Translations under genes and position numbers: made by a program
Shown: positions 48,613 through 63,600 of the stretch, in pieces
How the letters are laid out: each line of letters begins with the position of its first letter
Position numbering within the stretch: position 1 is the first letter of the stretch
Assembly (NCBI RefSeq): GCF_001949145.1
Contig: NW_019091358.1
Span: 3,754,569 to 3,818,568, forward strand
Length of the DNA: 64,000 nucleotides
Reading direction: 5' to 3'
DNA from: Acanthaster planci
Taxonomy: Eukaryota
Notes under the pieces: model-generated
What the model was told of the DNA's origin: nothing
Seen by the model: only the letters and a program-made list of their open reading frames with translations
Database searches by the model: none

Positions 48613-51600
48613 GTAAGTAAACGACCTATTTCCAGTTGTTTTTACTAAAATTGTATTATATTATCTGTAATCATGATAATGATATAAAGATGAACAGAGA
48701 AATTGACTGGAGCGGGATTTGACGAACATGCGACCTTGTCAATTTCTTTGTTCGTCTTTATAACCATTTGTGGGCACTTGTAGTCAGTTTCCCTATGCAG
48801 TATAGTTTGCTTCATGATTTGTGTTAAAAAAGCTGCATTCTCCCCGAGTGATCCCTGTTCACCACTTCCTGTGTTATAACATAAAGATAATCGTGTACTT
48901 TAGGCATAGGCCTAATGACTGGTTATAGCAGTAGCCTACATGGTGTTTCAGGTTACTTGGCTTCTGACTGGTGCAGTGGCGTAGCTGCGGGCGGCCTGGA
49001 GGGGAACATGCCCTCCCATTCAGGGTGCCCCCCTGCAAAAACGGATGAATGGATATTGAACAAGGCTAACAAAACTTTCCCCAAAACTACACACCATTGA
49101 AAGCTGGTGTCCCCCATAAGATGCTGGTGATCCCCTTGTTACCCCCACTGCTAATAAAATCCTAGTTATGCCACTGGACTAGTGCCCCCAAACAAAGGGG
49201 GATTGTAAAATTGGGGACCTTGTTCTTAGAATGGAAGAGAACTTTTGAATTCACCTTAGTAGATTACTGTGACATCATGCTCAATAACTGTTGGGTTGAG
49301 GTTGTCAAAAAAAGGGCAGGGTTTTGAGTTTTGAAGGAATTACGAGGGGAACTGTGACTTAACACGTGACACATGGTGTATTCAAATTTGCATGGCTAGT
49401 TAATCAGTAAGAAAGTCACATTTTCTCACAATTTACAATTTAAAATTTCAAAAAATAGGGTCAGTGCAATAAAGAGTGTTGCCTTTGTTCTGTGGGGGAC
49501 TTACTCATTTTTCAAGATTAAAATGAGAAAAAACTGGGGGGTCCCAAAGTACACAATCCCCAAACAAAGATATTGACAAATATGGGAAAGCTGCACCAAC
49601 GTAGAGCTGGATAGCTCACTTGGTAAGCAACAGCAGCGGAAAAGTTTTAAAAGTAAGTGGGGGGGAGGAGGGAAGCCCCAACCATGAGACTAAAAAGATT
49701 ACAATTCTGAAGTTGCAATGTACCTCATCTGGTAGGCCTGTAAATTGGGGGGGAAGGCAAAATAATAACATTTTCATAGGTGGCGGGGGGCAATGCCCCT
49801 CCCTGGTCCCCCCGCCAGTGTCACAGGTTCAAATCCCACTCTAGTCAATTTCTTTGTTTATCTTTACAATCAACTAGAGGTCATTAACATTAATCATACA
49901 ATTCTGCCCTATTTATTTCAGCATAGAGCTGGGACCCCAGGCATGTTTGAGCTATCAAGCTATATCCATGTAGCAAGTGTTGGCATAGTTGTGGAAACTT
50001 ATGTCAGTTGTGTAGAAACAGTCGCAACAATTTTGAGATGGGGTTGGATATGTTGGAAAATATAATGAGGTGTAACATTATGAGATTAATTAACCACGGT
50101 AAACGCTCTAGGCTTTGTCTGAGGAGTTAGTGGAAAGAATTTGTGGAGGCTATATTTAATCAATCATAGTTTTATTTTATATGAGGTGAAGTAGCACGAT
50201 ATTGATTATTTTGGCAAGGGGAATCTCTTAATATAATATGTGTTATGTGTGACCATTCCTACCTCCAATGGTCTGACTAGGTTCTGTTTGACCATGGTGG
50301 TGGTCCCCGTCCAGGGAGGAAGGGAAGCATTGGCATGCTTGGAATGCTGCTTTTGATTATGATTGTTTGGTAGTCCCAATAAAGACCTTGCAATTTTAGG
50401 TTGTATAACCACCATGATGGAGGTTGGATGATGGAACTGAGTAATATAGTAATAATAGACACTTGCATGGTGGACATGCATGGTGAACCAAGTATGGACG
50501 GTTTGCAGTACACCATGGAAGTTAACCTGCTCTTGTTTGTGTGGGGTTATGAGAAGAACCAGTTACTTCAATTAGGTGAAGATCTTTAAATTTTTTTAAA
50601 TGGTTAGATTACAAGTTCATCGTTAAAAGAGGATAAAATTGTTGGCTTATCCCATCTTGACCTGTTACGAGGTTGAATACAGACATGACAGAAGTTAAGA
50701 TTGTGAAATACATACTGTTCATTCCATGCTGGTCAAAACTTGGTTCGGCTCAAAATCAGTAAGATCTTATGACAGGGGCAATTCCCCACACCTGTAGTGG
50801 TTGTTTGTTTATCCTGCCCCTACTTCAGTCATTAATCTTTATAAAAAGGGACTCCAGGGCAGGGCAAGGTAGATAAACAGTTTCATGAGTTTACGTGTAT
50901 GCAGCATTAGGTGATGTAACTTTGCATTTTCTATTTTTTGTTGACACTCGACCGATTCAGCTGATCCAAGAGAACTTGGTAATTTCAGAAGGAATTGTTT
51001 ATTGGACATGATCCGACCATCACTGCCATAAACACAATCAACTTCACCCTACTAAAGCGCACTTGCCCCTTTCTTGCTGAAATCTCCTGAAATTAGTAGG
51101 TGCTCTTTTTAAAGCCCTAAATGCTGATAGTCTGATACAAAATTCTTTCTGTGTAATTCGTCCTCTTACATACAGGGATGACTCAGATATATGCTGCCCA
51201 GGATTCTGTCAGGGCCCCTTGATCCCACGTTTTCGCTTTCTTGAGTTTTGAGTCCTGTGTTCCCCCGTGGGGAGGAGGAGGACATAATTCTTAATTATAC
51301 ATTCAGACCATAACATGCTCACCCAAGGTGTTGTTTAGTGACAGCCTAGGTTAACTCTGCCTATGAGCAGAATGGTCAATTCAGGCGATAAAGAGGGCAA
51401 TCAAGAGGTAGCTCAGGAGCTAGCAAGTTCTGCCTACAATGGTCATTTGAACGCAACTTACCTCCACCTTTGAAATTAGCTCCAGAGCTAACCAGCCCCA
51501 ATTCAAGTTGTGGGGCAAGCTCCACTGCTTCTTCACTTGAGCTCCACTATTTTTGGGTCATTTGACTCAGTGCAGCTGCTCTTACCAACCTTGACACAAC

Positions 51601-54600
51601 CGGCCAGGTTAACCTTAATTTGGAGATGGTTCATGTAGTCTGTTAGCTTCACAGTACTCTAGCTTCAGAGTTACCGTTGCTGTATGAATTAGAGCATTTT
51701 TCGGACTACAACCATGTAACCTTACAGAATTCATCAACCTGACTCTACAAGGGCATTTAGTAGTAGGAGTCTTCCTCATCCTTCCAAATTTATCCAAACA
51801 CCGTTAAGTAAACATCGTAAACTGTGCACATAAACAGTCCGACTCTGTTTATTTGTGGCATGCCTCATCCCACATAAAACCAATGGTTTTACTGGTGCAG
51901 AACATGTTCCAACAGATTCCAACAAACCCTGGTGGAGTTTGGCTGGTTGAAGATCGTTTGGGTTTATGGAGTGGAGCTAGCTGAAAACTCCGCCCCTCCA
52001 ACATAACCAGAGGATCCCAAGTATGGTTGAACAAAATAAAAAAGTATGTGCATATTTATGGGAAAGTCGAAGTCCTCACAGATGTGTGTAAAGATATACA
52101 GTGTTAGTCTGTCACATAATGTAAAATACTTCATATTAAACATATGGTAGACTGCAACATTTTGCCGTTGACCTTGTACGTATTACAAGATGCCTAGTTT
52201 TGAGGAAGTAGGCATACCTTTCCGACATGTATACATGCATATGGTGGCCTGAAAATGAAACTCATAATCCATCACTTTTTCCCATTTTCTGCAGTCCACC
52301 ACGCTGAAAATTAAATTAAAGTGTAACTTCTAAAAAAGTTTTCTTAGTTTTCCAAAATAGAATTTCAAGTTTACACAAGGCTTCTGGGTAAAAACTCAAA
52401 AGTATGTGTACACATTTGGTAGGTCCACCATCGGGAGTGGGGGATGGTTACACAAAAGTGTGTAAGGTCCACAAAACAATTGAGTTGCTTAATGTACCTG
52501 GGTAGTTCCAAGCATACCTTTTCCCTCCCCAAGAAATTCTGCATACACTGCCTGTCTGTGAATACAGTGTTCATTCTACATTCTGAATCAAGAGCAAATC
52601 GTTACTCCTTCATCAGAATATGCTGCTCATTGGATAGAATTTCCTGCTGTCCCCAGGGAGGTTATAAACATACTGCTCTTGCATAACCATTAACCTACAA
52701 GTACTTTCTGGCAATGCTGGTAAAGACAACCTTCACTGTGCTGCAACATACAACCATGGAGGTAGAAATTCCTGCTGTGTTTAGTCTAGGCTCAGTGGTC
52801 TTGGGTTTCATCAAAATCTTCCCTTTATGTAACTCTCTTCAGACACAGGTTCTGTCCCGTCTCAAATTTCGCACTTCTTGGATAGGCACATTTTCATACT
52901 TGAAATCAGACAGGGTGGCCCTGGAAAGTGAAAAAAAAATGCAAGTGGGCTTTGTAAAATTATCACTTCCCCAGTCTCCACAGGATTTTGTCTCCTTGCT
53001 CTGTGGATAGATGATGGTTACCAGTCAAACTGCAAGTGATAGGAGGGAAGGGAAAATTGTGTAGGTACGTTTGTAGTTAACACACCTAGAAGAGGACACT
53101 CGACAGCTATAAACATGGAGTTGCTATGGAGTGGAAAATGAAAAAAGTATTTTCAGAGTATACAGTTATTGACAGTTAGGCCTATGTTGGAATTGAAGTG
53201 GGAAATTGAATAGGTTGTCCGTCATTCTACCGGCCACAGCATGACACACTACATGAAAAGCTTACTGACTAAAACTGATGTGTATCATCATGAAGTTTTT
53301 AAGCCTTATGCAACAGATGTGACCTTCTGACCACCACACACTTGCATTCTAAGGATGTGGGAGTGGCTTTCATTGTTCATGAAGAAGTTGTGCTGCTATG
53401 GGGAGCTTTGAAGATAAGGAAAAAATTATTTTTACTTACACAAATTGGCTTTACAGAAAAGTGACCTTGTACATGTATTTGAGTGGGGATTACAACAGGA
53501 AATGGTTTGTTGTGGTTGCCAATTATGGAACTTGCCGAGAATCATGCAGCTGGGGTGGAATTGTAGGTAGCCGCAAGGTTTTTTACACGTTTTTACCTGT
53601 AGGTAGGCCTCATTCAATCCTGCCTAAACATATAACTGATATCTGAGATTCTGTGCAGGGCAATTGAAAGGAGTTCAGTTTGCCTGACTGTGGGTTGGTT
53701 AATTGCCACGCCCAAAGTGACTTTGCCTCCCCAAGGCATTTCAGTTGCCCTTTGGAGTTGTCCTTGTGACAGCCTAGCAGAAACCAATTTCACGGGCTGT
53801 TGACCTCTGGGCTCCTTGTTTGGAGTATAGGCTCATGCAGTTCCTGAAATGTCCAAAACAGGAAGGCCTCACACTGCACTGCTACCTGGTACCACACTCC
53901 CAGGAGAAACAGCTTCTTGCATCATCATGCATTAGTCCAGGCAGGAATACTCTCTGCAATTCAAATTAGCTACATGTAGCAAACTGATCTACCTTTAACT
54001 TCACGTTGCATTGGCCAGAGGAAAAAAGGCCAAAAAGGGTTGGCTCTCAACTCTCAAAGAGTATTTGCCTGCCCCCACATTGTAAAGGTTGGACAGGGTG
54101 CATGCTTGTAAGTTGCCTTTCTGTGAAGTTTCAAAAAATTAACTGGGCCCCTCAGAATTGCTCCTTGTTGCAGTAGAATAGGCATTCACTTCTCAGAACT
54201 GTGTTTGGGAGTCATCATCTTTGGACACTCCTCCCCAAATATTCACCCATTAAAAATTGAACAGAAAATGACAGGTAAGAAAACGTGCTATAGATTTAGT
54301 TGGGAGGGCTTTATTTTCCCCAGTTTATCATCATGAAAGTACAGGTAAAGTTGTTCTGAGAAAATATTGACATTTGCAACCTGTACCCTCAGCATGGGTC
54401 AAAAATCCTTCTGTTATCAGGCAGTTTATCATAGTTGCATTTACTATAATTCCAATAAGAAAGTGTAGCCTTCCACAGTCGATAAATAATGGTTATAAAA
54501 TGGGTTTATGTGCACTGGTACTTTGAAAACAATACTGGTACATGTGCATGTATACTGAAGCAGGTCACTTTATTGTGCCGTTTTGAGAATGAAGAATGGT

Positions 54601-57600
54601 GCGAGCCTTGTGAGATCAGGCTCTAAATTGAGTCTTTCATTCAAGAGATCTCTGAAATGTAATGAAAAGGACAACAGGGAATATTATAAATTATACATTC
54701 ATATATGGTAATCCAGAGAAAAAACTCGCATTAAGTCTCATCAGTAGGATAAATGATGGATGGTGCCTATTTTCTGAGTCTGCATGCTTGTGCAGTTTTA
54801 AAGACGGGTTGGTTGGTTCAAAGAAGACACAAAGAAGGAAAAGGTGGGCAGATGTTTATGGGAAAGGAAGATTCAGTAAGATAAAACAGAAAATTTCACT
54901 GAAGTTGGATCACAGCCATAAAACAGGCAATCCCACTCTCATGTCTTCGCTGTCCAGGCTCACACCATACCCCTTTGGCTACTTGGTGATCTCACCCAAG
55001 GTTCTCTTCGCGGGCCAGGAAGAGTCCATTTGTATCACCATCCAGGATGCTGAGGAACCGGTCGAGGTCATGCTGAGTTTCATGGAGAACAACGTCACTG
55101 AGATTTCCAGGGCCCCGCCATTTAACGTCGAGTTTGAGACCACCTGTTCCAGAGTAGAGGTGAGTGACTTTTAAGTTGAGGCCCCGGGTCCTGTCATTTT
55201 TTTAGTTTGGTCGATCAGAAATTGAATGGGTGAGAGTGAACTTAGAATGAGCAGTAACTGCATGTCTGACTGCATTTCAGTGCATTGCAAAATATTCAAA
55301 CTGGTACTCTGATTTCCCAAACTATCCCAACTTGTTTTGAACAAGAGAAACTAATTCAAGAACTGTCTTCTGTGCAGAATCAGAAAACATGGAAGCCTGT
55401 TTTTTAAGATGATAAAATTCTATTCAGGCAACTGTCTTTCCACTGCCTTTACTTCTAGAACAATTTGTACAGGATTCTGTCCCAATTTTTTTTGTAACCG
55501 GCATACCGTGTTGCCAATTGACGTAGTTCTTTAAATTTGAAGCTTTTACGTTGTGAATAAAGTACACGCATGCCTTGAAGGGAAAATGTGGCCTTGTGGT
55601 TCCGGTTTGTTGATTCAGATCATATTGTCAAGGTTTGAATTCTAGTAGGTGGTTACGTGCTGTCATCTTGAGCATGTCATTTTACCACAGTGTGCCATTT
55701 ACCATCCAGGGGTAATCAGGTTCCTGTGAGGGCAGATTGTGTTTAGCCCTTAGTACCTGAAATGGCAGCATTGGGCTTGTGTACTTCTCAGGGAGCTAAT
55801 GTGACCAATTGAGTGGGAGAATGGACAAAAACTCATTTGGACTGTTTTTGCCGATTGCTCTCAAGATTTTTTTTTAACTGGGGCTCAGAACAGAAAATAT
55901 CAAAAATTTTCTCACCAGAATCTAGTCCTGCATGACGTAATTGCCGTCTGCCACAGCCACATGAGGACTAAAATGATGCAGCAATAGCTTTTCCATTCAG
56001 AAATACAACCAAGGAGGAAAGCAGTGTGGCTATAAACTAAGGGAACACAAAAAAAGAAGAGAGAACAGCACTCTATGTGACTCCTGTCACAACGCCATGT
56101 GCAGGAATGGCCATCATGAATTTGGCGCTGCACCACGCCCTGACCTGTGCATGCTTGGCTAGGCACCGACATTACAGGCTGTGTAAGGAAGAAATTCCTA
56201 TTATACGTGAGGAAGTACGTAATCAAATGAATTCGCAGTGCACAGAATTTGGTTGGTTACACTGAGATGGTCTTGAGAATGTTCAGAAGTTGTGAACCAG
56301 TGAACAGTATCAGTGCCTTTGAATGACAGATACTGTTAAGTGCTGTGTGCCTCAAAAGAGCTGTGCAGAGGCAGATCGTCCCCCCCCGTTCAGCCGCGGA
56401 CTAAATGGAACTACCACTGAAATGATGCAGAATGAGTAGGCTTACCCAAAAAAACAACACCTGGACGAGGATTGGGCTGTCCATCTATCCATCTATAGTT
56501 AAACAATTACATCGATTTCCAGTGGTTCCCCTTAGCAAGGCATCCCTTTAGTATGCCCATCAATCCTTCCCCCCCCTTCTTGAAAGCTAGATCCGTCCCT
56601 GCTGTGATATTAAATGATGTGATATTGTCAGTGATTTGATTAACTAGAAGAAGAGTTCACTTTCGAGAAACGACCAGAAATATGCATTCTTCTGACAGGT
56701 GTCAGAGCACACTGACCAAGAGGTTGAAATGACACTTTCCTAGCAGTACCACTTTGTATCACGTATGTCCACAAGCATTTCTTACCTTGGCACACTTCTC
56801 CTGCCGTCCAGAACCCTACAGAAAATGTGCACTCTGTGCTCGCCTAAACCTTGCTGATATACTTGTGTTCAGGTTCCAACCCTGGATGAGTCCCCCAAGA
56901 GGGTCACCTTGAAGGTTCAGATGAAGAGGCTCTCTGCTTCTGAAGCAGAACTCGCTGCAGAGAAGAAGGTGGCCATTGTCAAGAAGGAGTCGGAGACCTA
57001 TGTGCAGACAGATAAGCCAATCTATAAGCCGGGGCAACCTGGTATGGAACTGTCTAATTTGATTTTATCTTGTGACACTTTGGATATTCAATTAAGATGG
57101 GTCAAATGAGCTTCGTGGCAATAGTGGTTTGTCTGTGCAATCTTTCATTCATCCTAACATTGCTAAAATAAGTTGTTGTTTTCTTGGTTGCCTATAGCGA
57201 CCAATTAAAATCTGGTATTTGTGACCCACCATTCCAAATCTAGGCTGAAGTAGGTAACTATGATTGGCAATTTCTCTCCCCATTTGTAGTGAACCTTCGT
57301 CGGAATTCTGTCTGCAGATAGCTTTCATTACGGGCCATGACGTTCATGAACTATCCTTAATATGAGTAGTGGATGTTCCACCACTTCATATAAAGTTACC
57401 TACTTAAGTCTGGTTTTGAAATGTGGGGTCACCTTGAATTTAATGTAAACAAGTGGTGTCTAATTCTTGGCAAGCAATTGCAGAGTGACTAATTTATAGT
57501 TGGAATTAAGGTTTCTTTAGAATACTCATGAATACTCTGTTAAGAACTTCAAGCACCCCTGCATAAATATTTATGACTTCTGAATAGCTGTGACCCATCA

Positions 57601-60600
57601 CATTGTACTCAGTAACTGTGAGACTCTCCCTCAACCAGTTTTTACTTCAAATAGAACCAATTGTCAGTGTGCATTATTCTTGAAGATGTACATTTCAACA
57701 GGATATTCCTTTTTCCTTTGTTTTGTTTTGCAACAAAGCCATTTGTTCAGGAGAACCTCTTTCTTTAATTTTTTTTTCAGTCATGTTTCGGGTTCTTACA
57801 TTGGACAGTGACCTGAAACCTGATAAAACAGCGGTAAGTTTTTGTCAGTAGTAAGTTTAAAAAAAAAGGTTGGCCTTTCAATTTCCAAAAATGCTAGAAA
57901 TACACTGATATCATAAGTAAAGCTGTGTTTCATTGAAGGTAATTTGGGGGAAGAAGTATAATTTTTTCCTTCAGACTCTCTGTCCATTGTTCAACTACAT
58001 GTATTTTTGCTTGTTTTCCTCGCCTACTTGCTACTACCTACACAGTTGGATCATGGATGTCTTTGTTAGTTCTCATTTTGTGGAAGGCATCTGTCATCTT
58101 AGGCCGTGTCCGAAATGGGCTTCCAGAGCTGTGGCTAGGTCTATTTCCAATGGAGTGAAGACGTAGACCTAGCTCTAGACAAGAGATTCGGATGCAGCCA
58201 TAGATACTGTCATAAATGGGGAGGCTCATTCTTCTTGTTGGTACACACAAGCGCTTAACAAAATAGCCTTGTTTTTCGTGCACTGTTTTCCCATAAGACC
58301 TCTGACATTTGGGTTGAGACACCGTCAGGCATTCGCGTAGTGCAGTGGCTGAACCAATCCAGCCCGGACGGCTTGATTGATCTGGAAATTCCCATGAGCT
58401 CGGACCCACCACTCGGAGAATGGAAAATTGTCAACATCCGGGGTGGTGAACGGATCGAGAGGATGTTCAAAGTGGACGAGTATGGTGAGGATGATCAGTT
58501 TGAGCCCTGCAGAAATTTGTGTTCAAAATACCAATCAAACACTATCTCCTTTTGTTTTTACTTCAACGTGAACAAAATCACGTTGGCCTCTCTTACCACC
58601 TCATAGATGTATGTTTGACCGGCAGTAAGTAGTTGGCTCAGCATGGCTGGCCATAATCTCAAAGTATAACCAAAATCTCAGGCAGCTACCAAGACACAAA
58701 TCAGTGTATTCTACCGAATGCCCAATGACATCGCCTCCCTTTTTAGTCCTCGTTTGTAGTTTTAGGGAAAAGCTGTTGCCATCCAAGGGGATTTTCTTCA
58801 ATTTTAAGCCTCCCATAGAAAGTGATGGGCAGTGTTTGTGGACAAGAGATTCATCGAACTCTATGAGGTTCATTGAGCTCTCCGACCAGTAGTTATCAAT
58901 AGGGCTTATGCAGCTCTAATAACTAAATACATGTAATCAAATTGACCTTCCGTGAGGCTTTCCCGCCAGAGCTGAAACAAACTGTACTCATCACAGAAAG
59001 TAGACAAAGAAAAACTCATTAACAGTCCCAAATCCTCCAATTTCAATATGATTTTACGTATACCCTTGGGGGTTAGGGTTAAGGAAAAGTAATTTTGGGT
59101 CCTGTTGCTGGGTATGCATGTATGCATTCAACTGCCAACTGCTGTTAAGATCACTCATAACACCTTAAAATATGCTTTTGAAATGTTATTTTGTCTCAGT
59201 GAAATTGTCATCTTTTTATGTTACTTATTTCCACCTCCAAACATTTGATTTCTAAAATAAATTTTGAGAGATTTGATAATTGAGTTTTCTGAAAAAATTA
59301 CTTAGAACAGTCCTAGCTGTCAAAGTTTTCAGTAGGCAATTTTTTAAAATGGGCATTGGAATAACTTCATGCATTCGTGGTACAGTTGTGAAACTGGAAA
59401 TCCTCTTGTGCAAGGTGGTCAATATGATGTCATACTGAAAGGTTATAGGAAGCTCTCCCTTGTAAAATACAGCCTTAAAGGAAGGAAGTGGGAGACCTTA
59501 TTAGAGTGGCTTTGAAAAGGTGGTGTTACCACGGTCCCTATCACATTATTGGTTTTGCTTCCTGGGGCCACATCTGGAAAAATGTTTTGACTCTTAGCCC
59601 ACGAAAAAGACTGGACATCCAGCGGGTTGAGCTAGACTTGGTCTCAAGGGTGCAGGGTTGATACTGAGACAAGAAGAGGGTTAGTTTAGCCAAGCTGGCT
59701 ACATACCCTCTGGCCCACAGTTTGGCATCCCAGCCTGAATCTCCATTGAGTTGAGTAGGTTTGGGGAAAAAAAGAAAATTACACTGGCCTTGATTTTGTG
59801 CAGGAATACCTTTTTAGGCACCTGATCATTAGATGGCAAGGACAGTATGATTGTAAATTATGTAAGAGTACCAGTTGGTTTAAACTGAAGGACACCAGTT
59901 CTTTCTACACAGATGGAAAGCAGATTTTTCTGCTTTATGTGCACATCAAGCTTAGATTTCTAATTCCTTATGATTTGTTTCGTACAGTTTAAGAACAGCT
60001 GAACAGTTTCTGTAACAGTTAAATTTCCAAAAAAGGGGGAAAATCACCCTCTCACATTCTGCAATTTGTTCAAAACTGTTACGAGAACCTTTGTTCAAAG
60101 TTAAAAATTTTTTGTTGGGGGGGGAGGAATTGCATTTTCAAAATACTTGTGCATAAATTTCCAGCTTGCATACAAGTATACCTGAAAACTGCAAAAACGT
60201 TAGTGGCATGTTAAATGAAAAATAGTTCTCAAGAATGTATTCACTCAATGGAAATTGTGGGTAAGATAGGTGAATAGGTCTCCCCCCCCAAATCTGCTTT
60301 TGCAAGTCAGGGTTTTATATGCTTGTATGTTGAATGAATGCCAGAAAGTTGCACAGACCTAAGGGAACTTCATGTACATGTAATTTGAGATGAGCAAAGC
60401 AGTTTCTGTACAGAGTATGATTGATGACTTTGGTTGTATTTCTTTCATTTGATGGTCGCTTGCAGTGCTCCCCAAGTTTGAGATAACGGCTGACCTGCCA
60501 CCCTACATCCTGACCGATGCTGAAGAATTTGAGGTTCGCATTTGTGCAAGGTAATGGCTGTTTGTCTCTCTGCCATTCCTGCACGCAGTTAAATGTACCG

Positions 60601-63600
60601 TGAGAAATGTCTTGTGGGAGTCGGGTAGTTTTAAAATCGAACAAGCAGTGTAAAAGTAACCTCCGTGGTCCACCTATATATTTACATACTCCCCGTTGCT
60701 GGAAGTGGCTCCTCCGAAGCCAGTGCGTCTGGAAACATAATTTCAGCGGAAATGTGAGAGGAAAATGTTGCAGTAGTCACTTGTGTCAGTTATTGCAGAA
60801 GCGTGACCTATTTTCAGTGTTAGAAAGCAATTATAACAAATTGTGATGGAATAGTTTGTGAGTGACTGAAGTGAGTATGAGTTCTGTTCTGAAGTTTGTT
60901 GTCGGGAGAAGGTATATTAAGTGTATTGCATTCAAGTCCTGCATTGTCTGTTATTCATCAATCCTCCGTGGACATTGCAAGGGGGAAGGTATGCCCCTCT
61001 GAAAAAAAAGAAGAAGATAAATAAGAAAGGAAATAAAACAAAAAGGGTGAGCAAGAGAAATGGAAAAAGGGAGGACAGGGAATGAATATGACCAGTTGGC
61101 TCTGAAAATAAATCAAACTCTGAATCGGACTGACCCTGACAATCAGTGGGTTATCAGTTTGCTGCTGGTGAGTGCTTTGCCCCTTCCCCCCCTAATAAAA
61201 TCCTGGTAACACTCATGGCAGTACTCCAGCATCTGCTTCTTGTATTCCTGTGAATAATTAGGGCCAGGAAATGTATTAGACAACCTCGAAAATGTAATTT
61301 AATTTGCAAAATAGGCTAACCTCTATGAAGGTATGGTTCACTTCCTTGTAAATAGTTCACATTCATCAGGTTTGTCTGAGAAGGTTTTGTGAGAAGGTAA
61401 AAGGTGATGGCTCTTGTGAACTCCAGTGCAAACAAAACCAGATGCTTATTATTAGTGAAAACAGATGTTTCCACTGTTAGAGAAATTTCTCTACCAAACA
61501 TTGATCACCAACTTATTTCACCTTTTTTTATATGAATAGTGATACACCCCTATTACATATAAATTTCACCACAGGCATGCACTTGGGCAGCTGTCTTGTG
61601 GAGCTGTCCCCTGCGCGCATTGCTCATGACCAGGTTTGTCCCATCTTTGAACTTGTTCGTAGGTACACTTATGGGCAGCCGGTGAGGGGCTCGTACAGTG
61701 CCGACATCACCACTGAAGAAGAATACAGTTGGTGGTACAGTTCTTCTGAGCGGAGACCAGTCCTCAGATTTGAGTCGGCCGTAAGTGGGCAGTGCCTCCC
61801 ATCCCTTTCTCTTTGGACAGCACCAAGGTCAACCTCGTTACGGTCGGAGTGGAAATAAATTGTAAAAAATTAACTTTGATTTTATAAGGACCATTATTAA
61901 TGAAGGGCATTATTCAATATCTGCCTTCCATTCGGGTGTGTCAATCTCCTCTGTTGCAAAGATATTGCGCATTAGTGCGCACGGTCAGTTGAAATTGAAT
62001 TGAGCACATTGTGTTCAAAACTACATGACACTTAAGGGGACTTGTAGTGCACGAGGATGTGATGGTCAAGATCCAGGTGTGCGTCTTCTGTATACTTGCC
62101 TGTTTTATTCTGCCCTTTTTTTTTTTCAATTTTATTTAATTTTCATTTTTTCTCTCTAATTTTCAGAGTAATACTGTGATATTTTACATTTTATGAGTTG
62201 TGAAAAAGCCAATTTATTCATCCCTTTTTTTACTGATTGGTGTGCAGCCATACGTTAGCTGGTTAAAAAATAGCAGCAAGAGAGACCAGGTGGCACGTTT
62301 CAAAATAAATGGCATTTTAAACTGTACAAGTTGCATGCATAAATAAGTCTGTTGAACGTTTCCGCACTTAAATCTACTTTCTTTACTACCCAGTTCCTCG
62401 CTAAAGTAAGGGTTGCTCTGTCAAAATAGGGCAGTTCCAGAAACAGGAAGTAAAATTATTGTTTTGGGGGGTTGGGGCTTACAGTTTCAATGCTGAATGT
62501 GTACCCCACAAGTACTTATCTTGGCAAAACTCTGTCCAAGGTTGCTCTTCTCCAGAGTTTCCCCTTGCCCGTAAATCAACCATCAACGCCAACAGAGTGG
62601 CTGTAGCCTCTCTGATGTTTTCCCTACATGCTCACCAGCCTCCAAGGCCACTCACCATGGGAACTTCATTCAGTAAGCCCTCAAACATTAAGTGCTCAGA
62701 AGTTAAATGTTCATGGCCATGCAGCCATATTTCAGTGGTGGATCCAGGAATTTTCCTGGGGGGAGGGGCACACCATTTTTTATATTCTTTTTTTGCAGAC
62801 AGGAGGGCCCATTGGTAATACAGTACTTGACATTTATGCTTTTTTACACGTAGCAAAATGCCATTTTTTTGGTTAACACCGTAATTATTTTATTCTTTAC
62901 TCCAATCTTTGGTGTGTGTTTGGGGGGGTCCTGCATTAATTCATGCCTGAATGTTTTCTTCTCCATAATTACTGAGGAATTTTTGGCTTCAGTTTTTTTT
63001 TCTTGAGATCCTGACGTAATTAGTTTGCAAATTCATGGCTCTTTGAGCTCTGATAGACAACAATTTCTGATGTGGATTTTGAAAATAGGGCCATTTCTCA
63101 AGATTTCAGAGATAATGTTTGGACGCTGTCTAGAACATGTCTTTTTATTTGGAAAGTCATAAGGGGAAACCGTGGTTTTGATATTTATTCGTTTCCCAGA
63201 CACCTGTGTCGTCTCCTCAGGGGTGATGGAATTTGAACCAGATTTCGCCCTGAAGAGGCGGTGATTAAAATACCTGTCGTGTGGGAAGGCATGCAGGTTA
63301 AAGTTGTACGTGATGTTTCAGTCTAAGAGTGTGCTAGTGAACTGTGCACTACAATTCCCCCCGGAAAAAAAAAAGACTGCTGTGATGATTTTCACGAGTT
63401 TAATACATGTAGGTTCGTTCTGCCAAATCACTCCAAGAGTATAAAGTGTCTGATGAAATCTGCAATTTTGGTATAACCATTCTTGAGATTGTTTTGTGAA
63501 GATGGTGTTATCCTGTTTAGGACAAAATTAAAATGACTCATTTGAGTTGTTAAAAAACTACCCAACCTGACGGCTTTGCAGAGTTTGAAGTATCAAAGTG